A DNA stretch of 64,000 nt from the human T2T-CHM13v2.0 reference genome, Homo sapiens, in assembly GCF_009914755.1 (NCBI RefSeq), contig NC_060934.1; one strand, written 5' to 3'. Both the position numbers and the translations under genes were made by a program. The notes under the pieces are model-generated. The model made no database searches. It saw nothing but the letters and a program-made list of their open reading frames with translations, and had not been told where the DNA came from. This document shows positions 11,816 to 25,394 of the stretch, piece after piece (position 1 is the stretch's first letter; the number at the start of each line of letters is the position of its first letter).

Positions 11816-12934
11816 TATTGATTTAGGTCTTTGCCTGAAACTTCTGCCTCCCTAAAATGTATAAAACCTAAAATTACAAAATATGTAATCTGACTGCCTG
11901 GGTGCACTTTCTCAGGGCCTCTTGAGGCTGCATTCCCTGGACCATGGTCACTCATTATCTTAGAATAAACCTCTATAAAATATTTTACAGAGCTTGGTTT
12001 TTTTGTTAAAGGCGTGTGCTCAAAGCTTACTGAGGGAGGGGTAACTTCACCTGGTGCCACTGGCCCTGGGCTGCAGGGAAGAATGCACAGGTTAGTTGAC
12101 ATTTGATCCAATGCTGGAATTGGAAGGGATGTTAGAGGGCTTTTGTTCCACACTCCTCCTTTTCAGATGAGTAAATCAAGCCTCAGAGAGGGACAGGAAC
12201 TAGCCCAGAGGCAGTGGTCAGCGGCCAGGGTTGGAGCCCAGGACTTCCCTAGACAATGCTTTCTCCTCTGCTGGGCCCTTCATCCCTGTGCTGTGGGCAG
12301 GATCAGCTCACAGAGGTGGTCAGGCCGACATTATTCACACAAACAGTTCAGCTGATCATGGAGGTCATGGAGGCCGCATACCTTGGTGCAGGACAATGAC
12401 TCTTTCCAGACGCGTTTCCACTGAGGCTGTTCAGGTTGAAGGAGACGGAAGCCTCCCTTGGCTGCCCTGCGTCCTGGTCTGCAGTGGCCTTCCTTTCACT
12501 GTGCACTGAGCAGGCGAGGGGCCCTGAGACACCAAGATTGGCCATGGCAGGGGCAGTGGAAAAGACGGGGAGCAGTGAGGATGGGTGCAGGTATGCAGTG
12601 GCTGAGCAGCAGGGCCTGGGGGTCTGCAGATGCTGAGTCTGAGCCTCTGCCATGACAAGGAATGTTCTTCTTACCAGACCAAACCTGGATCTGCTCACTT
12701 GGCACAGGAAAGCCAAAGATCCACACCAAGGTTTGTGGCGAGAGAAAGCAGGGCTTTTATTTGCCGGCACCAAGCAAGGAGAATCAGGCAGCTCACACTT
12801 AAGACCCAACTCCCTGATGGCTTACCAGGAAGAGTTTTTAAAGGCAGAGGTAAATGTAAGGAAAACAGACATTAAGGGCAAAATTGTAAATCAATACATG
12901 GAGATTATACATTGGTTTGGCCCAAAAAGGTGAG

Positions 12935-12982
12935 ATATATATATATATGTATGTGTATATATATACACACATATATATACAC

Positions 12983-13046
<64 letters not shown>
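12935..13046. repeat. Compound (AT)n/(AC)n/(GT)n microsatellite
   Basis: About 110 bp of alternating purine-pyrimidine sequence beside the Alu poly-T. Confidence 0.95.
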
Positions 13047-13060
<14 letters not shown>

Positions 13061-13289
13061 GGCAGAGTCTGGCTCTGTTGTCCAGGTGGGAGTGCAGTGG
13101 TGCAATCTCAGCTCTCTGCAACCTCTACCTCCTGGGTTCAAGGGATCCTCCCATGTCAGCCTCCTGAGTAGCTGGGACTACAGGAATGTACCATTATGCC
13201 TGACTAATTTTTTTGCATTTTTTGTAGTGAAGGGGTCTCACCCTGTTGTCCAGGCTGGTCTTGAACTCCTGACTCAAGCAATCTGCCCA
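13047..13289 (-). mobile_element. 5'-truncated Alu, AluJ-like
   Basis: Antisense Alu ending at ctcaagcaatctgccc; flanks aaggtgagatat / aaggtgggatat fit a TSD. Confidence 0.9.
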
Positions 13290-16200
13290 AGGTGGGATAT
13301 CTTAAAGTGGGGTCTTACAGGTCATAGGTGGATTCAAAGATTCTCTGATTTGCAATTGGTTAAGGAAGCAAAGCTTTGTCTAAAAACTTGGGGTCAGCAG
13401 AAAAGAACATTAAGGTCTGGGCTGTGGGCATGACTGTTTCCAGGCCCGTCAGGGAGAAATTAAGAACAAAGAACTGCGATCAGAGTTCAGTCCCCAGTTC
13501 TTCCTTACCCAAGGTCCACATGCCTGTAGCATTTTTAATTTGGTATGGGTCCGGGTTTCTGAAAAACAACTCAGGGACCTATGTGTTATCTTTAGTTTCT
13601 AAAGAGAACCATGCATTATATGGCTCTAACTTCCTTGGATATTGTTTTAAGCTACTATTATCTTCTTGCACATCATGCTGCTCATTTACTTCTCAGGGCT
13701 AGCTAAGTACCTGGAATTTCCTTGAAGGAACTCAAGATTTTTCTTTATTGTCATGCTTGGAGGGGCCAATAGGCCCCTAAGAGGGGTCCCTGCTCTGTCT
13801 CATTATGTGGGACCTGGATTGGAGAGAGTCCATCCCATTAACTAAACAGCTGCCCCAAGTCCCAGGTTCATGAAGCCAATCAGGAAGATTCTGGGCTTCG
13901 GCCCCTTTGTTTGCTGTTGACACAGGGAAGAACACCGCCATGTCAGAATGACGCCCACACTTGGCATCCTGAGTTGCTTTTCTCAGTACTGATGGAGCTT
14001 CGCCCACTGCTCTCTCTGGGGTAGCTGTGAAGCTACAGTGTGGGAGAGAAATGTTAATTCCTAGTCCTAATCACCCAGTTTTCTTCAGGTAATTTGCAAA
14101 TGAATACACCTTTGTCTCCTTGGTACCGCTGGCTGGCAACAACATAGACAAGAAGTATAATTGCATTAGGGAGAGTTTTGCTGCCATTGGTTTTTGGTTA
14201 AAGGGGTAAGTTGTAGTGTTCACTCTCAAATATCAGCATCCATCCAAAATGAGTACATTAAAAGCAATTAGTGTAGATTATGGATTTGAAATGAAGAAGG
14301 AAATATATTAACATGTCAATTACTATGTTAATTAGACATTGGTGCCATAATATTTCGTACCTAAATGCGAATGTTGATGAAACTGTAATTATTATTATTA
14401 TCATTTTTTGGAGTGTAAAATGAATCCCTGCTATTCTGCTGAATGGTAAATAACAGTCATTTGCCCAGTACTTGGGGGGTTCTAAGTGTACGGCTGCCCA
14501 CTGCCTGCCTTCCAGGTACTGAGTGACCTAGAAAGCAGACAAACTTTGTTAGTAGAAAACCAGGATAACACGCTAGCAGCCCCATGGCACCATGTCAGAT
14601 TCTGCCTATAAAGGTATGGTGTGAGCTTAGGAATTTCAAGGAATTTGCTGGTCTTTTAATGCCTTGTACATTAAATGTCTTAAATTACATTTTGATTCCT
14701 GTAGTTTTCCAAGGCCAAGTCTGTTCCAGAGCACAGGGAATGGGTCAGCAGGGGCTTCCTGGGAACCCTGGGTTACAGAGGAGCCGTGATAATGCTGAAG
14801 TTAGACACTGAAGTCTTAGCTGTGCCCTTGGGTTAGAGTGAACAGGTAATGTGGCCCCACGTTTGCCCAGAACTTTCCTGATTTTAGAATGGACGGTTCT
14901 GCATACCGAGAGCCTATCCTGGTTTTAATACTGAAAGTCATTGGCTCCAGGAACTCCCTCAGTCCCGGGGAACCATGTTGCAGCCTCCCTTTGGGCTCCG
15001 TGTACAATCACCTCAAGTGCTACCCAGCCTTGACCTGTGGGACTGACTGCCTTGCCGGCCACCCTGGAGTGATTTGACACCAACTGTGTAGCTCATACTT
15101 CTGGCCTGCGAGTGGCTTTGTGCGTAGCAGCAGCCAGAACAACTGGCAAATTAAGGAACTACTTTTCCTTTTCAATTTAATTCTGATCATGGCCTTGGGC
15201 TTTGTTCAGCACCCTTACCGTGCGAACTTGTCCTTTTTACTCTAGAAGGCAAAACTGGTGCGATGTGGCCAGAGCTCTGCAGCTGGGAGCAGCCTCATTC
15301 TGCAGAGTGGCCTTGACCCCAGGCCCAGGCTCTCCGTTAGGGTGGGGATGTTCGATTGCTTGTCCCTTGTGTGATGTCCACTCTACTTTCCTCTGGGGAT
15401 GTCATCTGATCATCTCCAGTGACAGACTCTGATGGGACCTGGGGAAGGTGCCCGAGCTTTCCTCTCCCAGGGGAAGGCATGCCACCCAGGCACAACCATC
15501 AGACACCATTTCCTCTGTAGACTTTGAATCCTGAGCAAAATGACAAAAAGTTGAAAGTGGCTGGAGATGCTTCACCCTGTGGAGACAGTTGTGCCGGCTT
15601 TGCAATTCCCCAGGTCTCTCTGGTCATGGTGGTCATTCGTGGCACCTTGACCTTTTGTTTGAGTCTATGAACTTTGTTCATATCCTTCCCATGAATTCCC
15701 TGAGTGCTTGAGTTTTCCAGGTTGATTTATGTAGCTAGCAAACAAAGAAACCCAATGTAAACTGAAGTTAAGACCCAAATTTGGAGTGTGGTGGGAGAGG
15801 TTCAGGTCCCCCAGGTTTTCCAAATTTCCTCTTTGCAATTGTCAGTGTCCTGTTTTTTTTCCAACCTGGTGACATAGTGAGCTTAAAAGCTGTTAGGATT
15901 CAGCAACCGGAACAAGCTCTGAATTTAATTTTGGCTGGTCTCAGCCCGGTGGATAGTGGAGATAAGAGATTCTCTCAGCAGGTCATGGGAGGGCTCTGGG
16001 TCTCAGCTCATTCCTTCAGGTGAGCACTGGGGGATATGAGCTGATCTTGCTTCAAGCTGGCCAGTGCTCCCAGAAGCAGCTAGCCCTCTTTCCAACATCA
16101 TATGTTCCCTTCATAGCAGCTGTCTGTCTCCAAAGCCAGGCACCTGTCCCCAGTGAGCACTTGGCCTCAGGGGAGCACTGAAGATAACTTGATTAGCAAT

Positions 16201-16966
16201 TCTGGTATCTGGCACCACAGGCTGCCACATGGCCAGCCCAGAGCAGGAATGAGCTTCCTTGTTCTCTTGCCAGCGCAGCCAGGTGCCAAGTTCAAGTGTT
16301 CCTCATCCCCTGAAGGTCTGTTACCTGCCGCCTCTTTTCAGGCAACAACTGCTGTTTTATATATATGTAAAAAAAAGGAACTAAGGTTGAATGCAAGCAA
16401 GAGGAGAACTTATTGGAAGAACAATGTGGCTGACAAAATAGAGACAGAAAATGAAGCTTGGGAAGGACTGGAAGCTCTAAGAATCCAGGCAGCAGGGTCT
16501 CAGGTCCTGTAGCTGGGAGAGCAGGTGCTGTGCCCTCAAGTGAAATTTCAGAGAGAGCACTTGAATGGCCCGGAGTCTGTCACAGGATCAGTGCCTGGTC
16601 ATGTGGACCAACCCTAATAGCTGTTATGAACGTGGGCTCTCACTTTAATTTATGAGCGCAATAGTCTGACTTGTTTCAAGGCTTCTGCTAAGACCCAAGG
16701 AACAGGAAGAGGACTTTCTTAGTCCAGCCAACTTGGAAGAACATGTAAGAAGGCTGTGGAGGGCTGGATTCAGAGATGTGTGTGATGAGATCATTGCTGA
16801 GAGATTTGGGACTGGAGTTTTATCAGAATATTGGGCAGAAGAATAGTGTTTAGTTAAAAAGGGAACATTGGAGGACAAGTCTTGTCATTTGTTGAGATTT
16901 TCCGAGTGATGGATTGTCTCCTTAATGAGACTTTGTTCCAGTGGATTATTTATGCTCCATACACTC

Positions 16967-17569
16967 TGTCCTAGTCTGTTTTTTGCTGCTGTAACAGAAT
17001 GCCCAAGATGGGGTGATTTGTAAAGAACAGGCTATTATTTCTTATAGTCTGCAGGTGGGGAAGTCCAAGGTGGAGGGGCCTGTGTCTGGTGAGGGTCTTC
17101 TTGCTGCTTTATCCCATGATGAGAGGCAGAAGGGCAAAAGATCATGTGAGACAGAGACAGAGAGAGAGACAGAGAGGCAGAGAGAGAGACAGAGAGGGAC
17201 AGAGAGGCAGAGAGAGAGAGACAGAGAGGCAGAGAGGCAGAGAGAGAGAGACAGACAGGCAGGGAGGCAGAGAGAGAGAGAGAGAGACAGAGAGAGAGAC
17301 AGAGAGAGAGAGGCAGAGAGAGAGACAGAGAGGGACGGAGAGGCAGGGAGGCAGAGAGAGAGAAAGAGAGAGGGAGAGGCAGAGAGAGAGAGAGAGAGAG
17401 AGATCAAACTTGCAGCCTCAAGCCCTTTTATAACTGGGATTAGTCTGTTCCCGAGAGTGGAGCCCTTGTGACCTAAACGCTTCTTGCCTGGCCTCACTGT
17501 GCAATGCTATGGCACTGGGGCGTAAGTTTCCAGCACAGGCTTTTTTGAGGACACATCCAAACCATGGCA
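16967..17569 (-). mobile_element. MaLR LTR, MSTC/MSTD-like, with expanded GA tract
   Basis: tgtcctagtctgttttttgctgctgtaacagaatg...ggaagtccaagg...acacatccaaaccatggca. Confidence 0.8.
17148..17403. repeat. Degenerate (GA)n/GACA/GGCA purine-rich microsatellite
   Basis: About 255 bp of GA repeats; it produces the RE-rich and SL-rich ORFs. Confidence 0.95.
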
Positions 17570-18339
17570 CCCCCCATTGTTAAAGTCAAGGTGCTAATTT
17601 TTAACTGCTTCTGTACAGTTTCATGGCTGCTCAGTGATCCTAGCAACAAAGGAGAAATAACCTGCCTTTGCTAATTAATTGGAAGTTAGAAAACGATCTT
17701 TTTCCTTGTCTTTGAGAATGTTATTCACCTTTTGAGTGCTCAGCTTGTCAGACAATGCTAATGTTATTGTGCAACTCTGAGCTCAGCTAACTGACATTTG
17801 GAAATGGATAGAACTGTCGAGATTCATCCTTAAAGATTCTGGTGTGTAATGAAGCAGAACCCATTGTTTTTCCTCAGGAGGGCAATGATGGATGTCCTGG
17901 TGCTTTTGGGGGAACATGGAGTCAATTAGGTGTTTCCCTGTGTGGTCACAGGACTCTCAGGAAAAGTAGCAGCAGAGGGAGGGAGAAAATAGACCCCTCA
18001 AGTCGAGGCTATTCCTCCTGAATTCAGCTCAGCCAGCAGTATGGGGAAGTCTCTGCAGCGGGGCTGGTGAGGACAGCCATGAGCGGGATCCTGACTCCTT
18101 AGGCTTTGGCCAGCCCTGGAACCTCGCTCTATCTCTGCCCCTTCACTGGTGTGGATGTGCAGCCATCATGCTGAAAAGCTGGCTGTCAATTCTATGTGTA
18201 AATTGGACCCCGTCAAATGCGTTGCTAAAGGTGATTAGAGCGCAACACCTAGCAGATCCATTTCCCAAACTTTCCACTTCTCTTTTGGCAAATCTAGATT
18301 CCTATTTATTGAATCTTCTTAAAGCAAGGCAATCTTTAA

Positions 18340-19765
18340 TACAGTTTACAAGAAGCATAACTAATAAGCCAGTAGTGGAGACAAAAATGAAATAACAAAG
18401 AACACCCAAAACTTCCCCCAAATAGTCAGAAGAAGAGGGAAGACAGAACCAAAAATAGGTGGGGAAAAAAGAAAATAACTAGCAAAATGGTGGATTTAAA
18501 TAAATAATATTAATAATTGTGTTAAATGCAAGAGTCCTAAGCATTCTAAATATTTTAAAACAATTTAAAAGCAGCGATTATCAAATTGGATAAAGAAGCA
18601 AGACACAGCAATAAACTATGACAAAAAAAATCCACTTTGAAGATGAAAACATAGATAGGGTAAAAGTATAAAGATGGAAGATAATGTACCACACAAACAC
18701 CAATTTAGAGTGAGTTTGAGTGGCCATGTTTATAGAAGTCGGAATAGACTTCAGAACAAAGAATGTTGCCAGGGATAAAGAGGGGTTTTACATAAAGAAG
18801 AGAGGTCAACTGATCAAGAGATATAATCCTGACTGTGTATGCAGCTAATTAAGGAGCTAAAAAAATATGTGAAGTAAAAACTGATTGGAACTGAAAGGAA
18901 AATAGACAAGTCCACAATTATGTTGGAGACTATAATACTCTTCTCTCTGTAATCAATAGAATGAGTAAACAGAAAATCAGTAAAGGTATAGAAGACCAGA
19001 ATAGCACTATCAGCTCGATTTAATTGACATTTATTGAACAATCCATCCAACAACAGCAGAATACACATTTTTTCCCCAAGTACACATAGAACATTTGCCA
19101 AGATAAACTGTATTCTTGGCCATAAAATAAACTTCAGTACCTCATGATATTTAAAAGAATTTAAATGATATAAACTATATTCTCTGACCACAAAGACATT
19201 CCATTAGAAATCTATAACAGAAGATATTTGGAAAATTCACCCAAATTTGGAAACCAAAAGGCAACCTTCTAAATAACCTAGAAGTCAAAGAGGAAGGCAC
19301 AGAGCATGATAAATTATTTTCCACTGAATGAAAATGAAAACACGTAAACATAAAACTTGTGGGATACAACTGAAGGAACACTTTGAGAAAAGTTTATAGC
19401 ATTAAATTTTTTTATAATCAAGAAAGATTTCAAATCAGGAATATAGTTTTTTTCTTAAGCAATTAGGAAAAGAAGAGCCAATCAATTCCAAAACAACCAG
19501 AAAGAAGGAAATAATAAAGACAAGAGCAGAAATTAACAAAATTAAAAACAGAAAAATAGAGAAAAATCAGTACAATAAAAAAAGCTCGGTCTTTGAAGAA
19601 ATGAATAAATTTGACCAAACGCTAGCTGGACTGATTCAAAAGAAGGAAAGAGGACACAAATGATCAATATTAGGAATGAGAACGGGGGCATCATTACAGA
19701 TTTTACAGACTTTTAAGAACCTAAAAGGAATATTATGGAACATTTTATGGCAAGAATTGCGAGAC
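18340..19765 (+). mobile_element. Old L1 (L1M) fragment, 5' part of ORF2 (endonuclease region), degraded
   Basis: A-rich L1 text: attggataaagaagcaagac, gaaatagacaagtccacaattatgttggagact, caacagcagaatacacattt, attctctgaccacaa. No intact frame. Confidence 0.85.
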
Positions 19766-19784
19766 ATCTGTCCATAACATTCGA

Positions 19785-19935
19785 CAAGTTATTAACCATA
19801 GGCATCAGTTTTATCATCTTCAAATGGGAGGAGTAAGAGTGCCACTCTCAGAGGGTCTGAAGATTAAATGAAATCATATCTACAATGCAACATGCATGGA
19901 GTAAGTCCCCTGGAAATTTTAGCTGATATTTTATC
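19785..19935 (+). mobile_element. MIR SINE remnant
   Basis: caagttattaacc...cagttttatcatcttcaaatggg...gattaaatgaaatc MIR core. Confidence 0.6.
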
Positions 19936-20341
19936 ATCATCATTATCATAATCATCACTGACTCCATCCAATGTGCAGGAGTGGGTGGGAGCTCTCGTGA
20001 AGTCCTGGGCTCCTCTATGAATACCTCCCAGGCCTCTCCATGGCTCCTGCCAGATCCCTTGGACTCACCCTGAGATGAGGGCACACAGCAATGTATAACT
20101 ACTCGGGCCCAATGGTGATGGGGCTGTGAGGGCTGTGGCCAAATGCTTAGGGGAGGCCCATGAAAGGAGGTCATTAGGCGGCAAGGGCTCCTGGTAACAA
20201 GATGTGTGTCTAGTGCTGTGCTAGGCACTCTATGTGCAGGATCTCTTTTCATCTTCATAGCAAATCTGCAAAAGCAGGCACTGTTATCACCTTTGCAAGA
20301 GAAGACCGCTGGCTCTAGGAGGTTATAAAATTAATCCAAGA

Positions 20342-20683
20342 GGCCAGGTGTGGTGACTGAAGGCCTCTTGGATTAATCCTAGCACTTTGGGAGGCCAAGG
20401 CAGGCAGATTGCTTAGGCCCAGGAATTCAAGACCGGCCTGGGCAACATGGAAACCCCCTCTCTACAAAAAATACAAAAATTAGTTGGGCTTGGTAGCACG
20501 TGCCTCTGGTCCCAACTACTTGGGGGTCTGAGGTGAGAGGATTGCTGGAGCCTGGGAGGTGGAGGCTGCACTGTGCCTTGATCACACCACTGCACTCCAA
20601 CCTGAATGACAGAGTGACACCCTGTCTCCAAAAACAAACAAAACCAACCAAACAAACAAACAAAAAAACCCCAACAAAACCAG
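20342..20683 (+). mobile_element. Alu, AluJ-like, inserted into a MIR remnant
   Basis: gattgcttaggcccaggaattcaag; AC-rich tail; perfect 14-bp TSD aaattaatccaaga (20328-20341, 20684-20697). Confidence 0.95.
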
Positions 20684-21338
20684 AAATTAATCCAAGAGTT
20701 CACAGTTGGTTGGGGTGGGGGTGAGGTTTAGGACTTGAGAGTGGTGTCACCTTAAACCATGCATGTCAGCTACTTTCTGTGTAGCACTTTGGCAGGATAG
20801 GCATGGGGGATGGGAGCAGACAGTGTGAGCAAAGGTGCAAGCCTTAGAGTCTATGGGAGGCCTCCCAGCCCCCTTGACTCTCTTGTCACATTAAAGGCTT
20901 TGCTGAAGTCCCACAATTTTCCAAGAAGGCAACCCTGATCACTCTGGCCATGACTAATGGCTTCTTTACCTTGCAGCTAGATTGTTCGTTAAATGCAGAA
21001 AGTGTTTTGCTCCGAAGTGTGGTGTCTGGAGTGTGATATCACACAAGGGGACCTTGGTTTCCTCACCAAGGATCCTGTTAGAGCAAAGGGTCGGTCATCC
21101 CATTGTCCTGCACACATTAGGACCCTCCGTCTGTCAACACCATGGATTTCATTCAACTCTGTGTCATCTGTAACGATCTCTATATGCAGTTTGGAAAATG
21201 CTGACTTATTGAAGGCTTTAAAATAAAAATTGTGAAATGACCTGCTAACAGTCTACTGTGGTCACACTGAGGAGAAAGAAGAGAGATGATGGCACATCCG
21301 ACATTTTTGGAGGCTGATGCTTGATGTCGGTTATCTCA

Positions 21339-21806
<468 letters not shown>

Positions 21807-22679
21807 TTAAATCAGGTATAGAGGCTGCTATGAGACCCGTTATGTTTCACGAATGTGAAAATATGGTGGCCTCGACTCAGTACGTGTTTGTGGGATGCAT
21901 GAGGCCCACTGTGTTCTGTGACAATGGCGAATGGCCAGTTCCCATTTGAATCTCAGTGGCACACTTTCACAAAGCCTTTGTAGATTTCTCCTGAGCAGGG
22001 TGGTGCCTTCACCATGTTTACAAGAGTATCTGCAGTGCCATTTCCTCTATACCTATTGTTTTATGTTGAAAGCACTCTACCTGTTTTGCATAATTGTTTG
22101 AGGCACACGTAATTAGTTTTGTGTCAAGGTAAGCTTTTATGTAGTGCCTCAAGAATCAGAATTGCAATTTCCAAAGGTTGGTGGAGCATGATAGAATGCT
22201 GTTCTCGCCGACCCCATGGTGCTGAAGGCTCCCGTTCTCAGTGTCACTCACTTCCCTGCATGGGAAATAGCAGCTCACGGCAGAAACTGCCATCCGGTCT
22301 TTGCCAACTCCCAGGAGCCGGCAGGCAGTGAGATGGGTAGTGATGTGTGCATGGCTGTTTCCTTGCAACAAAGAATTCCATTTAGCAGACACGCGCCTCC
22401 CTGTAAGTCCAAGGCCAGCTTCCAGCAGCAGGGACGGGGGTTGTAAAGACAAACAAGGCATGGACCAAGGATTTAACATCATGTGAGGATGGGCAAGAGC
22501 CTTCCTGGTTACTGCAGAACCGCCTGGGAGTGTTGGGAGGGAGGCGAGCATCATCTGGGTTTGGGGAAGGCTTTTCAGGTGCAGCAGATGTTTAGCTGAG
22601 TTCTAGAGGGTGGGGAGGACACTGTCTAGGTTAAAGAGTGGCTTGAGCAAAGGTTCTAGAGGTGTGAGACTACATTTAA

Positions 22680-23160
22680 AAAAATTGCAATGACAGAAAC
22701 CTAGCAAAATAACTTAAGCTCCAAAGAACCATGCTCGCCTGTGTCCCTGGCGTGGCTGGATCTAGGAGTTCAAGCGGCACAGTTAAGCATCCGTCCCCGT
22801 GTCTTCATGTCATCTGTAATCTCATCTTCACTCGACAGCTCAGCACCTCCTCCTTCACTTTCCCGCCACAGACAAAGACCTGCGACCTCGACTTTTCTAA
22901 GAGTTGCAGCGAAAGTGCCATGGCTGGCTGTTGCTGGGTCGGTTCTGATAATGTCTCCATTTCTGAACCCATCCCTGGCCAGAGGAACGTGTGTTCTGGT
23001 TGGACAAACCAGACCTGGGGCCTGGCCCCTCGGGCTCATGTGAGCCTCCCCTGGGCCCCTTGGATTAGAGAAGAAGGCAGGTGGCTCTCCAGAGGAAATC
23101 TAGGTGCTGCCACTAGAAGAAAAGGCATGGGGGTTGGGAAGCAAAAACGAATAATGTGTA
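22680..23160 (-). mobile_element. Old MaLR LTR remnant, MLT1J/I-like
   Basis: ttgcaatgacagaaacctagcaaaataacttaagc...ctccagaggaaatctaggtgctgccactagaagaaaaggcatgg. Confidence 0.5.
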
Positions 23161-23231
23161 ATACGGAAGCCACAAGTGTGAGGGCAGCAGGAGTTTCATC
23201 CACTCATTTCTCATCCACCGAGTGAGCTGCG

Positions 23232-24082
23232 TGTACAAGTTTCCTCTCACTGCTGAAACAAGTCTTCACAAATGTACAGGCTTAAAGCAACAATTTATTA
23301 TCTGCCAGTTCCTGAGGTCAGAGATCTGAAATGGGTCTCACCGGGCTAAAAGCAAGGGGTCAGGAGGGCTGTGTTCCTTCTGGAGGCTCCAGGGAGCACC
23401 TGTTCCCTTGTGTGTTCCAGCTCTGAGATGCCCTGTCTGCCTTGGCCTGTGACCCCTTCCTTCATCTTCAAACCAACAACCGTTGGGCTGAGTCCTCCTC
23501 ACACTGCATCTCTCTGCCTCTCTTTCTTCTGTCTCCCTCCACACTTATAAAGACCCTTGTGATTCCGTTAGCCCACCAGGAAGGTCCAGGATAGGTCTGC
23601 CATCTCTAGGTCAGCTGAGTAGCCACCTTAATTCTTCCTTTTGCATCAACTCGATGCCTTTTGCCAGGTAAGACTAACATGCTGGCTGGGCGCAGTGGCT
23701 CACGCCTGTAATCCCAGCACTTTGGGAGTCCAAGGTGGGCAGTTCACCTGAGGTCAGGCATTCAAGACCAGCCTAACCAACATGGTGAAACCTCGTCTCC
23801 ACTAAAAAAATACAAAAATTAGCCGGGCTTGGTGGCAGGCACTTGTAATCTCAGCTACTCAAGAACTGAGCCAGGAAAATCGCTTGAACCCAGGAGGCAG
23901 AGGTTGCAGTGAGCCGAGATCACGCCACTGTACGCCAGCCTGGGCTATGGAGCAAGACTCTGTCTCAAAAAGAAAAAAAAAGAAAAGCAATATTCTATTC
24001 ACAGGTAGCATATTCTATTCCCAGGTTCCAGGGATCAGGACGTGGATGTCTTTTGCAGGACACGTCATTCTGCATCCGCACG
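23232..24082 (-). mobile_element. MLT1D-like MaLR LTR interrupted by an Alu
   Basis: ggagggctgtgttccttctggaggctccaggg; aagacccttgtgatt; caggttccagggatcaggacgtggatgtc. Confidence 0.8.
23684..23985 (+). mobile_element. Alu, AluSx-type
   Basis: Full dimer ggctgggcgcagtggctcacgcctgtaatccc...gactctgtctcaaaa. Confidence 0.95.
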
Positions 24083-24814
24083 CAATTCTGTCTGTGTGCC
24101 AGGCATGGTTAGGTGCTGGAGATACGAGTACCCATGGCCCCTGAATTCAAGAATTCACTAGAGAAATAATGGACATTTGCAAGGTGCTAGGCATGGGGCT
24201 GACTGCTCCAAGCACATCTGTCTGGGATTTCTAGTTTGTCTGAGTCTGGAGTGGAGTGATAGAGGTAGCGGGTATTCTTGAAAGGTCTTGAATGCCAGGC
24301 AAAAGAGGGCAGGCTTCATCCTGGAGACATCCGGGAGCCGTTGGAGATGGATTTTTGTTTTTAGCAGGGTTGTTTCCTAATTTAAGTTTTAACAATTTGC
24401 TCTAGAGGCAGTATGAAAAGTCAACCAAAGAGGATGACAAGATAACAAACAGGCTTACCCTAAAAAGATGCAATGTGTGCTATGAAACTCAAGTCACTGA
24501 TATGGAAGAATGCAGAGCCCCACGCGGAGCTTGCCATAGAAGCTGTATTGGATCTGAGGATGACAGCTCAGCTCTGATGCCGCTGACATTTCCAGGAGCC
24601 TCTTTCTACAGGTGCTCACATCCACACGTCGCCTCATTTATGCTCCCACCATCACCGGTGAAATAGATATTACTATTCCCTTTAAGAAAGTTGAAGCAGG
24701 TCATCAGAGGTCAAGTGACTGCACTCTGTTTACGCAGCTGTGAGTTCCCTCTGGAGAGGATGTTTTGAAGGACTACGAGTCAGAAAGAAGTGCTCGCCTC
24801 GGCGGGTGGAGGGA

Positions 24815-24965
24815 GCCACTTCTCCCCACCCCCTGCCACCTTTGGTAACCACGTTCTTCTCTCTGTTTCTACGTATTTGATTTTTTAAAATTCCACATAT
24901 AAGACACATCATGCAGCATTTTTCCTTTTGGGTCTGGCTGACTTCACTTGGCTTAATGTGTCTCC
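24815..24965 (-). mobile_element. L1 3'-UTR fragment
   Basis: ggtaaccacgttcttctctctgtttcta...attccacatataagacacatcatgcagcattt. Confidence 0.6.
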
Positions 24966-25394
24966 CCATGCTTAGAGGAATGTGTCTCACTGTGGGTTTC
25001 CAGGGTCTGCGAGGCCTTCGTTAAGCGTTTTGGCACTAGAAGAGTCTCCCTCTCCCCCGCACCTCCCCTGTGCCAGCCTCATACCTTTGTCTTCCAGAGC
25101 TGAGCTCAGATGTGGCTCAGATTTGACTCAGTTGTTCTGACATCTCAGATCTTCTTGATGTTGCTGTTTATTGGGAGGGAGTGGGAATTAAAATTCTTAA
25201 TTAATTTTCTGTGTGAATTTTTTTCAGTGCAGTGAAAAGAAAATGACCCTGATATTGTCACTTATCATTTTCTAGCTGTCCCAGAGAACTGTCCACCCAG
25301 TCGTGTGTGTGTTCACGGATTCTTGGGTGTTTCCCACAGGGAGGGTGCTGGGCTGTGTGCTGGGGAGGAAGCTGCCACCTGGGAACTTACCGTT

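Larger units (their letters stand above)
12669..13802 (-). mobile_element. ERV1 MER4-group LTR, LTR39/MER49-like, interrupted by a microsatellite and an Alu
   Basis: Minus strand starts TGAGACAGAGCAGGGACCCCTCTTAGGGGCC; possible TSD ttct/ttat. Confidence 0.7.

Noticed and set aside
17013-17497. RE-rich and SL-rich ORFs
   Set aside because: Artefacts of the (GA)n tract.
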